A DNA stretch of 64,000 bases from contig NC_068991.1 of assembly GCF_001194135.2 (NCBI RefSeq), positions 44,276,250 to 44,340,249 on the forward strand. The letters are read 5' to 3'. The DNA comes from Octopus bimaculoides (Eukaryota). Below are positions 26,802-39,562 of the stretch, piece after piece; position 1 is the stretch's first letter; every line of letters starts with the position of its first letter. A program made the translations under genes and the position numbers. The notes below the pieces were generated by a model. That model searched no databases. It was not told the origin of the DNA and was given only the letters and a program-made list of their open reading frames with translations.

Positions 26802-29800
26802 GTAAATCAACGTTATGCAACGTTTATCAAATATTTGTAACAGGGAAGACCTTGATTTTTCTAGCATGTTTGCTACCTGTCAGTAATAGTTCAGCTCTAT
26901 ATTCAAAGAGGGGTGTACAGTTTGAGGAGAGAAACTGTGTGTTCACCATTATTGAGATTATGCCCAATTTACTTTTAGCTTCAAGTAGATGTGCAGGTTT
27001 TTAATAATTAAACATTTAATGTAGTTTTAAAGAATTGTTAGACATACTTTGAAATCAGTCTGTAGTTGCCTTTTAAATTGGGAAAGTAAATAACTTTTTA
27101 TAGAGCTTTTATGAATCGTTGAAATAGAAATAGCTAACAAGATTTCTCCAATAGAGGAGGAGGTTATTAACTTATCAGTATTGTTTAACATTTCATTGGC
27201 AGACCATGTGAGTAGAAAATTTATCTCACAATCACCTGATTCAGTATTCAATCCTACTATGCAGTTTCTACTGTTGCTTCAAGTTGACCCAAGCCTTGTA
27301 AGGGAAACTAGGTAGGTAGAAAGTGTATGGAAGCTCAACTGAGAAACTGTCTGTTGAATGGTAGATTTAACATCATTACTTGGCTTTCAGGTGCTTGTAA
27401 CAGAGTTCACTCTGTTGCAGTTATTTTAGCTAGGTATTTAGTCTGAAAATAACCACACTTATGGTTTTACCCTTTCTTTCCTCTTGTTCCAGAGGTGTGC
27501 AAAATAATTAAATGTCAATAAGATTTGAAAATCTTGATTTGATTTCATTGAAAGAAAGCTCTTGAATTTACCTATAATATTAGCCAACTATGATGTTGAG
27601 GATTCAGAGATTGGGTTGTGCTCTCTTATCATGAATCCTTCATAGAATTTTGATTATTTACATTTGAAATTTAAGTTTAGCTTTAGAGAATTCATTTAAT
27701 ATATGATATACATGCTTTGTTGTATATAGGTGTGCATGTACATAATGTTTGTGGCATTATATGTATATATAAACTGGGAAATAGGTATTTCAACTATTAT
27801 TTCACTTATTTGTTTACCCCTCTTTGAGCTGATGTACATTTTTACTAAAATCCTAATAACATGATTATGAAGATTCCCTGGTACAAATAGCATATTTTTC
27901 TGCTACTGCTTTATAAAAAAAAAAGAAATAATTTCAAAAGCTTCTTTGGCATTTAAGTTTCTTAAACACATTGCTTTTTAGATGCAAGTAATGTGGTTAA
28001 TAAATGAACAATCACTCTTTATTTAATCCAGTTCCTAATATCACTTGCATGCTATGCATTCACTTACCTCTTGCACTTCTCTAATTTGCATCACTTTTTC
28101 ATCTGTATGTCTTTATCTTGTCTTTCCATGGATGGCTGTTGTCTTGTTCAGTGTTTTGAGTAATTTCTTTGCTGGATGTAAATTATTTATACACCTTTTC
28201 TCATTTGCTAATTTGTTCTTTTTAAAAACTATAACTCATATTACTTAAAAGCATTCTTAGCAAATTCTGAAATTTAATTGAAACAGTGTAAAAGATATAG
28301 ACTTTAAAATAAACGTGATGGTTAAAAGAATTAAATTTGGAAACTCTAATTTCTCTCAGAACACTTATTTCTTTGATATTGAATATATTTTATGGACTAG
28401 TGCTAAAAAAAAAAAAAGAGGGTCTATAAAAATGCTTTATATGGTTCAATTAACCTATGTCCAAAGACAGTCCCTAGTGTTTTGGAAAAGTGCACTGTTC
28501 ATTTTACCTATTCAACATACTCAGTTAAACAATTAGTGTATAATGAGAATTCAATCATCAAAAAGGTAAATTAAAAATACTCAACTTTTTTACATATGTA
28601 AGAAGTCCAATTAATGAAACTTTTCATGTAAACCATAAAGAATAAAAAGGAAGAAAAAGTCAATAATCAGGAATAAACACTAAAGAATATTGACCATACT
28701 ATAATAATTTTGGTGTGTCATACTTAATTAGCTTTATTTTAGCCAAATTCAAAAGTGTAATGAAAAAAAAGAAAGTAACCCGCATGCACTTTTGTTGTAG
28801 TTAACACAAATATATTCAACAAGTAGTTCTTGACAGTTTAATTTTTTTTTTATTATTAATAATGGATTATTTGCTTTTCTTTTTTTAAATTTGGGATCAA
28901 ATATTTGTAGCATTTATATGGATGCTATTTGTGTTTTAGGATTCTGTTGAATGTTTCTGCTGGTGGTTTTGTTGGTTTATGTTATGTCACTTCCATAGTT
29001 TACTTTCTTAAATGTTTCTATATTGAGGGGAAAAAAAGCTATTTGTTTAGTAGCTTAGTAATAGGTTTACATATATGGCTATGCACATTGTCACATTATT
29101 CATTTGCGCGCATTATATATTCTATACGCATTTCATTAACAATTATTTGTATTTTCCTAGACTTTGAAGATTTTTTTTTATTAAAACTGCAATATACTGC
29201 AGATGTTGCAAATTTATGACTATTAGTTTCTCTTAACTTCCTAAATACTTTCTGAAAATAGTCAGATATTGGGTAGATTTCTTTTAACCACATTTGGGTG
29301 GTTCCAAAAGGAGATATTAATTAATATTAAATTAAATATTTTCCTCTGTTGAATAACAAGATTTGATTTTGCTAGATAATTGTCATCAGTGTTGGATGAC
29401 ATAACAGTGTGCTTGGCTGACTACAACTTTCACTTCTATGTCATAGTTGAATGATTGGTTAAAGGCACAAAACACTATCTCTAACAGTATGCAGTTGGAC
29501 ATAAAATCTACCTTGCATGCTAGCATGGGAAAATGCAGTATATTGAAAGATGTTTATAAAACTCTATTATGAGCAGAAATGCATGTGTTTATTGTCCACA
29601 AATGCTCTCTTTTTGGCATTTGTAGTCACATCTCAAAATATGATCATTCTGGATAGTGTAAATCTTTTTGCCTCAAACTATATTGATCAATTTGAATTAT
29701 TGGCAAATCTTAGTGATATTTTCATATGTTAATTTTTAAAATTGCCATTAGTTCTTGCAGTACTTTCTCAATATTTTGTACAATAGTTGTAAGTTGTATA

Positions 29801-31045
29801 TTGATCTTCACATTTTTTTAGAGAAGATATTTCACAAAGTATTGGATCTAACTGATACCTGAGTAGATTGTAATATTAGCTAGTTGATGCAAGGTACTGT
29901 TATTTCTGTGTATCATTTCAGGTTAGTAGTTATACAGCAGCTCTTTTGTATGTAATGTTATAAGAGACAGATGTTTGTGTGTGAGTGTATCAACTTCATT
30001 AGTTCTTGTCTTATTAGTGCATGCAATTAGTTGATTTCCACATAATTTATTTCCTACAACCGGGTTAGTTCTAAACCAATTATTACAATTGTATAACAAT
30101 ATAAATGAAGTAGAAAGTGAATATGAAGTTTATCAAATATTTTTTTCAAATTCATTCTTTCAATTCTCTTCCCTGGTTCTTTTTTCTGGTTCTAACCAGT
30201 TGCCTGTGACCATGTTGAAGCCACATATTGTCAAAACACTTTAGAACCCTCAAGAGTAATTTTTTCAATCAAAAGTTTTAAATATTAGGTAATTTTTCTT
30301 CAGACATTTTCATTGAAGTTAAACTGTTGTTGTCTCAATGCTTCCATTTCATTTTGTTACTGTTTTTCCTTCTTTCTTTGGAATATAAAGAAAATGTTAA
30401 TTTTCCTTGAGTGAATTAATCTGACAAAGGAATATAGGTAAAAGTTGTCAATTTCTGTCATATCTGTAGGTTTTATAAAAAAAAATTTGTTGTTGAATTT
30501 AGCTTTGTATAAATATAATTCTAAACATTGCACTAGCTTGTATTCTATATATTCCTGCAAAATCAATTTCTTTTTTTCTAATTAGTTTGGAAGAAAGAAT
30601 TCTGTTTAGTTTGAAAATATACACACTTAGTTCTAATAGAGGTACAAAGTATTAAACCTCTTGATTATGTTCAGTATATATTATTTTGATGAATTTTATA
30701 TTCATTCATCATTTTAACAGAACAAGTCTACTTGAATGAATTATGAATATGATTTGTTACGTAGTAATAAATATATACTATGAGTACTAAATTTAACTGT
30801 GTCTTAGTTTAATAATTATTAGTGTTTATATTTAAATACAAAGGTTGACTGTTTTATTGGTTACTGATAATGAAAGTTTTGAAATGAAAATTCATTTTAT
30901 AAGTAGACAAGTTTTTTAATCATAAGAACACATACTTGGAAAATTTTACTGTCATAGCAAACTTCACTCCTCTCTCTTTTTTTTTCATCCCACCTGTTCT
31001 GTCTGTCTGTCTCTGTCTGTCTGTCTCTGTCTGTCTGTCTCTCTC

Positions 31046-31080
<35 letters not shown>

Positions 31081-31289
31081 CTTCCCTCCCTCCACATGTA
31101 GACACAAGTCTATACGTGCCAGATCTGTGGCTAAAGTTGCTAGTGAAAGGAATGGATTTCAGTCATTTCAAGAGGTGCTCTTCATCAGATTCTACCTTCA
31201 CTAGCTGTTTCTCTAGTTTGCAAGATTGACAAATGCCATTTACTCTTTGTGTGTATCTATATTTGTATATGTTAATAGTGTATATGTAT

Positions 31290-34180
31290 ATGCATATATT
31301 GTTGCATTGAACGGAGGTGTGTTGATGTATGTTGTATCCAAGAGGTAAGGTGGAGAGGAGCTTCAGCCAAGTTCCCCACAGGCAAGACACATAGGTATAA
31401 AATCTCATGGGAAGGTGACAGTGATGGAATAGGTGGTGCGGGCATACTTCTTGCAGAGAAATGGGTGGATAAGGTCATAGAGGTAGTCAGAGTACTTAAG
31501 CTCAGGCTAGTCTTGCAGAATAATATAGCTTCAATTAAATCTGCCTGTGCTCCACAAGTGGGCCTACCAAATGAACAGAAGGACCACTTTCATGATTTTC
31601 TTCTGCAGGCTACCTCAAAGATGAGTGACAATGATCTTATCTTTGTGGCTGGGGATTTCACTGGGCATGTTGGACGACAGCCTGGTATCTTCCATTGTGT
31701 TCATGGGGGCTATGGAATTGGTCCCCGAAACGAAGAGGGAACAAGGCTACTGGAGTTCTGTGATGCAAATAACCTTTTAATCTGAAACACCAACTTCAGG
31801 AAGCTAGCCAGCTACCTGATAATCTATCAATCTGGTGAGTCTGCTAGCCAGATTGATTTCATTCTCACCAGACAGTGGGATGCATGGTTGCTCTTAAATA
31901 CAAAGACCCTCCCTGGGNNNNNNNNNNNNNNNNNNNNNNNNNNNNNNNNNNNNNNNNNNNNNNNNNNNNNNNNNNNNNNNNNNNGAAACGAAGAGGGAAC
32001 AAGGCTACTGGAGTTCTGTGATGCAAATAACCTTTTAATCTGAAACACCAACTTCAGGAAGCTAGCCAGCTACCTGATAATCTATCAATCTGGTGAGTCT
32101 GCTAGCCAGATTGATTTCATTCTCACCAGACAGTGGGATGCATGGTTGCTCTTAAATACAAAGACCCTCCCTGGGTCTCCACCAGCATAGACTAGTCATT
32201 AGTGACTTTAGATTCCACACTAGAATGATGCCAAGAAGCAGGCCAATCTAGAAAAGAAGGATTTGGAAGCTTAATGTGGTCAGAGATTTAGGGACATCCT
32301 AATTGAGAAATTTGATGAGAGGGAAGAGGAGCTACAAACTTGTGACCTAGAGGGCAACTGGGAATACTGTAGACAGGACTATTAGAGCAAAGAAACATGC
32401 CTGGAAGAGTGGGGGCAGCAGAGAACTATATCAAATAGCCAGAAGGTAGGAGACAGGTATATCTAGCCAAGGGAAAAGCAGACAAGAAGTTTGACTATGG
32501 TGCTGCTACACCAGTCATTGGGTATGACTCCTTCATGAGCTACAATACGGATGACTATACCATAACCCACACCTATGTTCAGCATTGTGAGAACCAAAAA
32601 ACTGAAGTATTTCGGATTGCAAGACCGTGTGATGTCATAGGAGAGAAATGTGTCCGCATGGATGATGGTGCATTTGCTTTTAATGAGCCTGCAAAAAAAA
32701 AAAAAAAAAAACGGGGGACTTGGAGATGCCATTATGAAAGACTGCTGAACATGGAAAATGACTGGGTGGAGGAGAGTTTGCCAAATGTTGACCAAATTGA
32801 AGGACCAGCTACCCAAATCGACAGTACCCAGGTAGATAAAGCAATTAAGGATATGAAGACAGGGATAAAGCAATTAAGGATATGAAGACAGGGAAAGCCC
32901 CCGGCCCATCAGGAATCACCACTAAGATGTTTAAAATATCTGGCAGTGTGGGTTGTGGTCTAGTCACCCATATTGTAAATCAAGTAGTTTATGAAGGAGT
33001 CATATTCAATGACTGGTGTAGCAGCACCATAGCCAACTGCTGCAATGGTAAAGGTGATGCCTTAGATAGAAATATTTAGAGAGGTATCAAATTGTTGGAT
33101 CAGGTGATGAAAGTTATGGAGAGAGTCATAGCCCAACTAATTGGGAAGAGAGTCAGTCTAGATGAACTGCAGTTTGGTTTTGTGCCAGGCAGAAGCACCA
33201 CTAATGCTATATTTCTGGTAAGGCAATTTCAGGAGAAATATCTAACCAAAGATAAATCTCTGTACTTGGCTTTTGTTGACTTGGAGAAAGCTTTTGACAG
33301 AGTCCCCTGATCCCTTATCTGATGGTCAATACAAAAACTAGTGATAGATGAGTGGTTGGTGAGAGCTGTACAAGCCTTGTACAGGGATGCTACCAGTAAG
33401 GTGAGGGTGGGCAACGAGTACAGCAAAGAATTCAGGATACAAGTAGGGGTTTACCAAGGATCAGTGCTCAGCCCCCTCTTGTTCATCATAATCTTCCAGG
33501 CAATAACAGAGGAATTCAAGACAAGCTGCCCCTGGGAGTTTCTGTATGCTGACAACCTTGCTCTTACAGCTGAATCACTACCTGAACTGGATAAGTCCAA
33601 GTATGAAAGCAAGGTCTAAAATCAAAGGGCCTTAGAGTTAACCTAGCAAAAACCAAAGTCATAGTAAGTAGGAAGGCAGACAAATCACAAATCTCTTCAG
33701 GTAGATGGCCCAGTTGAAAAGGTCTAGGTAGAAACTCCGTAAGATGCACCCTGTGTAACCTTTGGACATATAAAAGATGCAGCAACATCAGAGGAAGGTT
33801 AACAGGGAAACTAACATTTGTATGCTGAAAATGTGCAGAAAATAGACTCGCCAGGGGGAAAAGCTAGAGGTAGTAGATAGCTTCTGTTCTTGGTGACCAA
33901 GTTCGTAGTGGAGGTGGATGCTCCAAGAGTGTAGCTGTGAGAATAAGATTAGGCTGGGCAAAGTTCAAAGAGCTCCTACCCATGTTGGTAACAAAGGCCT
34001 CTCTCTCAGAGTGAAAGGCAGATTGTTTGATGCCTGTGTGCAAACAGCTGTGCTGCATGGCAGTGAAACATGGGCCATGACAGCTGAGGACATGCGTAGG
34101 CTTGAAAGAAATGAAGTCAGTATGCTTCACTGGATGTGCAATGATCTGTGTGCATGTTGAGAGAAAAGTTAGGCTTAGTG
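31290..34180 (+). mobile_element. RTE-clade LINE (APE endonuclease + reverse transcriptase), frameshifted and dead
   Basis: APE: APQVG...IFVAGDFTGHVG...RNEEGTRLLEFCDANNL. RT: QFGFVPGRSTTNAIF...FVDLEKAFDRVP, QGSVLSPLLF, LYADNL, KGRLFDACVQTAVLHGSETW. Multiple stops and frameshifts. Confidence 0.93.
32835..32892 (+). repeat. Perfect 29-nt tandem duplication inside the RTE LINE
   Basis: gataaagcaattaaggatatgaagacagg occurs twice and frameshifts the ORF. Confidence 0.97.
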
Positions 34181-35099
34181 TGAGGTACAAAATCATTTTA
34201 ATGTAAAACTGTTTTTCTTTCTCTTTCTGTCATTTTTAATATCTCACTCTTACGCACATATATTTTCATTTATAACAAGCACGCATTCTCATTTACGTTT
34301 CATAATACACATGTACATTTATTTGTAAACTGTATATTTAGATCACCCTAATCAAAATTCTGCTTCAAAAGTCATAGCTTGAAAATTTCAGATACTTTGT
34401 AAGGTAGAAAATATATTTTTCTCCTTTTGTTTCACATTTAAATTTGTTTAGCGTTCTTAAATAGTTAGATTTTAGCCTTTCAAAACTGAACTGTTAATTT
34501 TTATGTTTGAATTAATTTCAAATTTTATAAAACTTTTGTCCAATTTATGAATTGGAGCTGAAAATTTTAGAAGTATGAATAAATTTTAACGTGAAAGAAT
34601 AAATTATTTTCTAACTAAATGGCATATAAAATTTTTGAAGATATGATTTCTAAATGATGAATTTTGATAACCTATTTAAATCTTAGGCAATTTCTGAACA
34701 GTATTTATGGTCCAATTTTGTTTTATATCAAGCAACTGAGAATAGATGAAGAGCCAATTTGCTCTGGCTTTCAGTATTTGTTTGCCATCTATTCCTGATC
34801 AACTTAGTTATAATCATCAGAAGACATAGTATATTGAGCACAACTTGATTTTATCTCTATATACAACCAAGCATTAATCTTTATATTGAAAATACAGTGC
34901 GTGGGTTGCTAGCTCTAGTAGAAACTGCATGCCCATAAAAATGAACTACTCTTGGTTCCAAATAAAAAGAATTCTGTTACAACAATCAAACAATTAAAAA
35001 GAATAGTTATCCTTTATACTTCTGGTGGGAAAGGTATAACTTTTTCGATAAATCTTCATATTTCATTCACTCAAGAAGATTATCATTGAAGTGGTCTCA

Positions 35100-35520
35100 T
35101 CTAGAATTGTTACAACTTGGTGGCAGGTTTGCTCAATTTGCTTTTAAAATGTCACTGAATCTTGCACACAATGTGAAATATTTTATCCTGTGAGCAGTAT
35201 TGGCAAAGTATCTGGACAAGCAAATATCCTGTGAGGAATTTGATCATGCCATACAAGGTCTCAGAAGTAGTGTTGACATCTTGAGTAATTCACAGTCATG
35301 CTCTCCGGTAACTTTAGGCTAACTCTGCCAGTCATTCTAAAAGGTACATCTGCTAATGAGTTGAGAGCAAGCTTCTAAGAAACCTGTATTTGGAGGCAAG
35401 GCAAAAGAATTCATCTTTCTGTCAACATGAGAGTTGTACAAACCTGTTAGCAAAAATTTTTCTTTGGCTAGAGGTCATGATCAGCTGCCTGTTGACACTA
35501 AGAATACAGATTTCAAAATA
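35100..35520 (+). mobile_element. Possible CR1/L2-like LINE 3' fragment
   Basis: ggcaaaagaattcatc...gagagttgtacaaacc resembles the RKNFFSVRVV tail motif, and a long poly(A) follows at about 35627-35655. Confidence 0.35.
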
Positions 35521-35622
35521 CAAAATAATGCAGAACAATCATCAACACATCCCAAGGTGCTATTAAAAGTTTATCTTACCCTCTCAGAATAATAGAAACC
35601 ATTAATGGCTTTCTGAACATGC

Positions 35623-35657
<35 letters not shown>

Positions 35658-36444
35658 AACATTGTGTAGGATATTAGGCCACCATAATTTAACAGGTATA
35701 AGCCTAGTCCAGATGGTGAAAGTAATTTCACACTTACTTGACAGTTAGGATGCTGCTAACTATTCAACTAAGATTTTCAGTTCTGGTACAAGACTAGCTG
35801 TCAAAATTCTTATGTTCCCATGTGATTGAGCCAACATAATGACTGCTTGTGCCAAGAAAGATATTTTCATTTCATGCATTCCCTCCATTCCATCAGATAT
35901 ACCACTTCACCTCAAGCAACTTTGGTTTCTAGTGTCATTATCTTTTTTCTATTACTGTTAACAAATTTTAAGGACAGTCCCCCAGGGTTACAAGAATTAA
36001 ATTGATATGTTATAGTTCCTCACATAGCTCAATGTTGCATGTTGTGTGTGTTGGTGTATATGTGTCATGTCTACTGTAATTTACTAACTAGCTAATATTT
36101 AATCCAATGTATCGAATGCCACTGAAATATTGATGTACTGTTACTAACAGCTAGATAAAAGATAAAGACTTGCTTCTAGATCCCATTAAATAAAAAACCC
36201 TACAACACTTGAAAATTAAATGAAGTAACAAAAGAAACAATTCAAATCAGATCAACTCTTATACCAGAGGGTAAAAGAACTTTAAAAACAATAGAGCAAC
36301 AAATGGGGATAACTTCAATGACAGACAACATACCAAAATGGGAAACTATGAATAGTGATATACACCTCACAACAGTGGCAGTTTTAATCCAAATAGACAA
36401 AAAATATCTTGTCATCAATTTCTCTTACTTTATGCGTGTGTTTA

Positions 36445-36510
<66 letters not shown>

Positions 36511-37318
36511 TATATATGTGTGTGTGTGTTGTCAAACAGATTCCAAAGAGATCGTGTTGGTCTGTGTTGGCAAAGCTTTTAGTATTTAGTAAAATCAATA
36601 AAAATAGTACAGACAACTTGCCCTGGTAAGTAGAAAATCCAGTGTTATGGGCAGTCTTTCTTCAGGTAAAAGTTGACAAGTGAGAAGATTGAGGGATTGT
36701 AGAGTTTAACATCCTCTAAGCTGCAGTCAATTTGTTTTTAACTTGAGGATGTAAAATTTTGATGTTTCTCATTAATTTCTCTCTTGTCAATTTTTCCCTG
36801 AAGAAAGACTGCCTGAAATGTTGGGTTTTCTAACCCACATAGCAAGTTCACTCTACTCTTTTTCTTGATTCTACTTTGTGTGTATATAATGGTATAAGAT
36901 GTATAATTCATTATTATAGACTTTGAGTACTTTAAGTGCTAGTACATAGCTACTTTTGAAATTGTCACCACCTGGAATGTTAATGGTGTATGTGTGAAGA
37001 GGCATTATGCGTGTGTATGAGAAAGAGAGAGAGAGGACAACTCAATGATGCCTTAGTTAGCCAAAACTTTGAAGTAATTGCCAATACTGTTTTTTAAAGG
37101 ATAATAAGTTTGTACTCAACAAAAAGTATTGAGTAATCTTTCAATTTAATGTAAAATTGTTTTTATTATAACTCAACATAAAAACTAGTGTTGATACACA
37201 TACACACAGAATATGGTAGAGAAACCTTCTGTACTTTACACAGCCTTTAGTGTGGTGCTATGGAAATTGAGATAGTGGTACCACACACCTTTGTATGTAT
37301 GCATATTCAAGTGTGTGT

Positions 37319-37968
37319 ATACGTGGTCTGATAAATAAGTATCCGAAATATTGCCATAGTAACGGAGTTAAAGCACGCAGAGTGAAGCCACTTGATACAA
37401 TTTGACTGTGAACTCTGTTGTGCATGTGCACTAAATTTTAATGTTCTAGATCACTTCTGTTGTTTACAGCAATGCATGGAAGGAAGGTGTGTAGCATGTG
37501 ATCAACGCATTGACCATGACAGTGAAAGTTGAGCAGAGAATCTGCATCAAATTTGCCAAAAGCTTGGCAATACCTGCTCTGAGGCCTATGCAAAGTTTTC
37601 AAAAAGTTTTCATCTTTCTCGGCACAATCAAGATCTTGTACAACTGAAACCCGAGTGTCTTTTTGGTCAGCTAAAAGCAGTTTTGGCACAAAATTGGCAG
37701 ATACACATCTCACACCCAAATCTTCAGTGATAATGGACTGAATTGAATTGTAAACTAATCTGCACATCCTCTAATAACTTACAGATGGTGATTCAATGAT
37801 TTCCTCTCGCAGCTGCATGCACATCTGCAATGTTTCTTTTCAGTTCTGCTGGTTGCAGGTCTCCCAGAACGTTTGTCAATATCAGCTTTTTTTTTTGGCC
37901 ATCTTGGAAATGTCTGAACCACTCACACACGACTTTCCATACACTTTCTGTAATTTTGTGTAGGCCTC
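37319..37968. mobile_element. Mariner fragment with internal inversion
   Basis: TIR-like tacgtggtctgataaataagtatcc. Plus strand reads MTVKVEQRICIKF...LGNTCSEAYAK. The continuation (LQKVYG...SGRP...SIQSIITEDLGVRCVSANFVPKLL...EKDENFLK) is on the minus strand. Confidence 0.85.
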
Positions 37969-38638
37969 TGTGTGTATATATACATGTGTGTATGTGTCAT
38001 GAGTGGACTTGAGCAGAAGAGTTTAAAGCATGGGGAGCAAATGGTACAGAAAGCAATCTTAATGTGATGGCAATGGGGCGGGGGAATAGTGAGCAAATGA
38101 GAGGCGGCAGCTACAATATTGCAGCCATTAAGTCTTGCCTTGTTGGTCTTGTCTCTACTCTTCTCCCAGAGTGGTTAGGTTTTCATTTCTAGGACAGTAT
38201 GTCATTAATTTTGGAATCTTCTATCATTTCCTTTGTAGGGTTCACCATTCACCACATGTCTATGCATTTATGTGTTTTCATATCTAAAGCCCTTTATCTA
38301 AATGTGTGTTATGTGTATGCATATATGTGCTGCCATGTATGCATTCCTATAAATGTGTGACATCAGTTCTTGAGAACTGTGAGTCTCCTGTCATCTTAGT
38401 TTTTTGTCAGTTATTCTGTGTGGTGCAACACCTTGAAATCAGTCTTTGCCACTTTATCCCGCATCTTCTTGGGTCTCCCTCTTCTGTAAGTTATATATCA
38501 TTGTAAGTCATCAGCACTTCTTTAACGAGCTGACCTCATCTACATGCATAACCTACTTATACCAATACTGCCTTCTCTCTTCACACACTACATTTGTCTG
38601 TTGTGTGTTTGTATACAGATATCTACACGAGTGGACAT

Positions 38639-38936
38639 ATCATCATCATCATCATCATCGTTTAACGTCCGCTTTCCATGCTAGCATGGGTTGGACGATT
38701 TGACTGAGGACTGGTGAAACCGGATGGCAACACCAGGCTCCAATCTGATTTGGCAGAGTTTCTACAGCTGGATGCCCTTCCTAATGCCAACCACTCCGAG
38801 AGTGTAGTGGGTGCTTTTACGTGCCACTGGTACGAAGGCCAGTCAGGCAGTACTGGTAATGGCCATGCTCAACATGGCGTTTTTTACGTGCCACCTGCAC
38901 AGGAGCCAGTTCGGTGGCACTGGCAATGATCTCGCT
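38639..38936 (-). mobile_element. Young RTE-tail non-autonomous element, 3' end, running into a gap
   Basis: (CAT)n then cgtttaacgtccgctttccatgctagcatgggttgg...ctacagctggatgcccttcctaatgccaacc, the reverse complement of the tail seen at 12340-12430 and 19480-19560. Confidence 0.8.
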
Positions 38937-39498
38937 NNNNNNNNNNNNNNNNNNNNNNNNNNNNNNNNNNNNNNNNNNNNNNNNNNNNNNNNNNNNNNNN
39001 NNNNNNNNNNNNNNNNNNNNNNNNNNNNNNNNNNNNNNNNNNNNNNNNNNNNNNNNNNNNNNNNNNNNNNNNNNNNNNNNNNNNNNNNNNNNNNNNNNNN
39101 NNNNNNNNNNNNNNNNNNNNNNNNNNNNNNNNNNNNNNNNNNNNNNNNNNNNNNNNNNNNNNNNNNNNNNNNNNNNNNNNNNNNNNNNNNNNNNNNNNNN
39201 NNNNNNNNNNNNNNNNNNNNNNNNNNNNNNNNNNNNNNNNNNNNNNNNNNNNNNNNNNNNNNNNNNNNNNNNNNNNNNNNNNNNNNNNNNNNNNNNNNNN
39301 NNNNNNNNNNNNNNNNNNNNNNNNNNNNNNNNNNNNNNNNNNNNNNNNNNNNNNNNNNNNNNNNNNNNNNNNNNNNNNNNNNNNNNNNNNNNNNNNNNNN
39401 NNNNNNNNNNNNNNNNNNNNNNNNNNNNNNNNNNNNNNNNNNNNNNNNNNNNNNNNNNNNNNNNNNNNNNNNNNNNNNNNNNNNNNNNNTGTGTGTGC

Positions 39499-39562
<64 letters not shown>

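Noticed and set aside
26979-26996. 18-nt in-frame candidate exon (ASSRCA)
   Set aside because: The donor CAG|gttttt is too weak and there are no supporting motifs.
26384-27004. 206-aa ORF as a standalone gene
   Set aside because: Only the 33 codons of exon B are homologous to anything. The flanks are T-rich intron read-through bounded by clear splice sites.
27203-27207. cag|ACCAT resembling the start of exon B as a possible third copy
   Set aside because: Similarity stops after 5 nt and the frame hits TGA immediately.
30200-30255. Open 56-nt candidate exon (VACDHVEATYCQNTLEPSR)
   Set aside because: It ends in phase 0 and would frameshift the UBA exon, and the donor is weak.
31728-32175. 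Exact duplication of about 190 nt inside the RTE endonuclease
   Set aside because: The copies directly flank the N-gap at 31918-31983, typical of unmerged contig overlap.
36590-36625. 36-nt in-frame candidate ending at a perfect CTG|gtaagt
   Set aside because: The acceptor is poor, several competing AGs give non-triplet lengths, and it sits next to a microsatellite.
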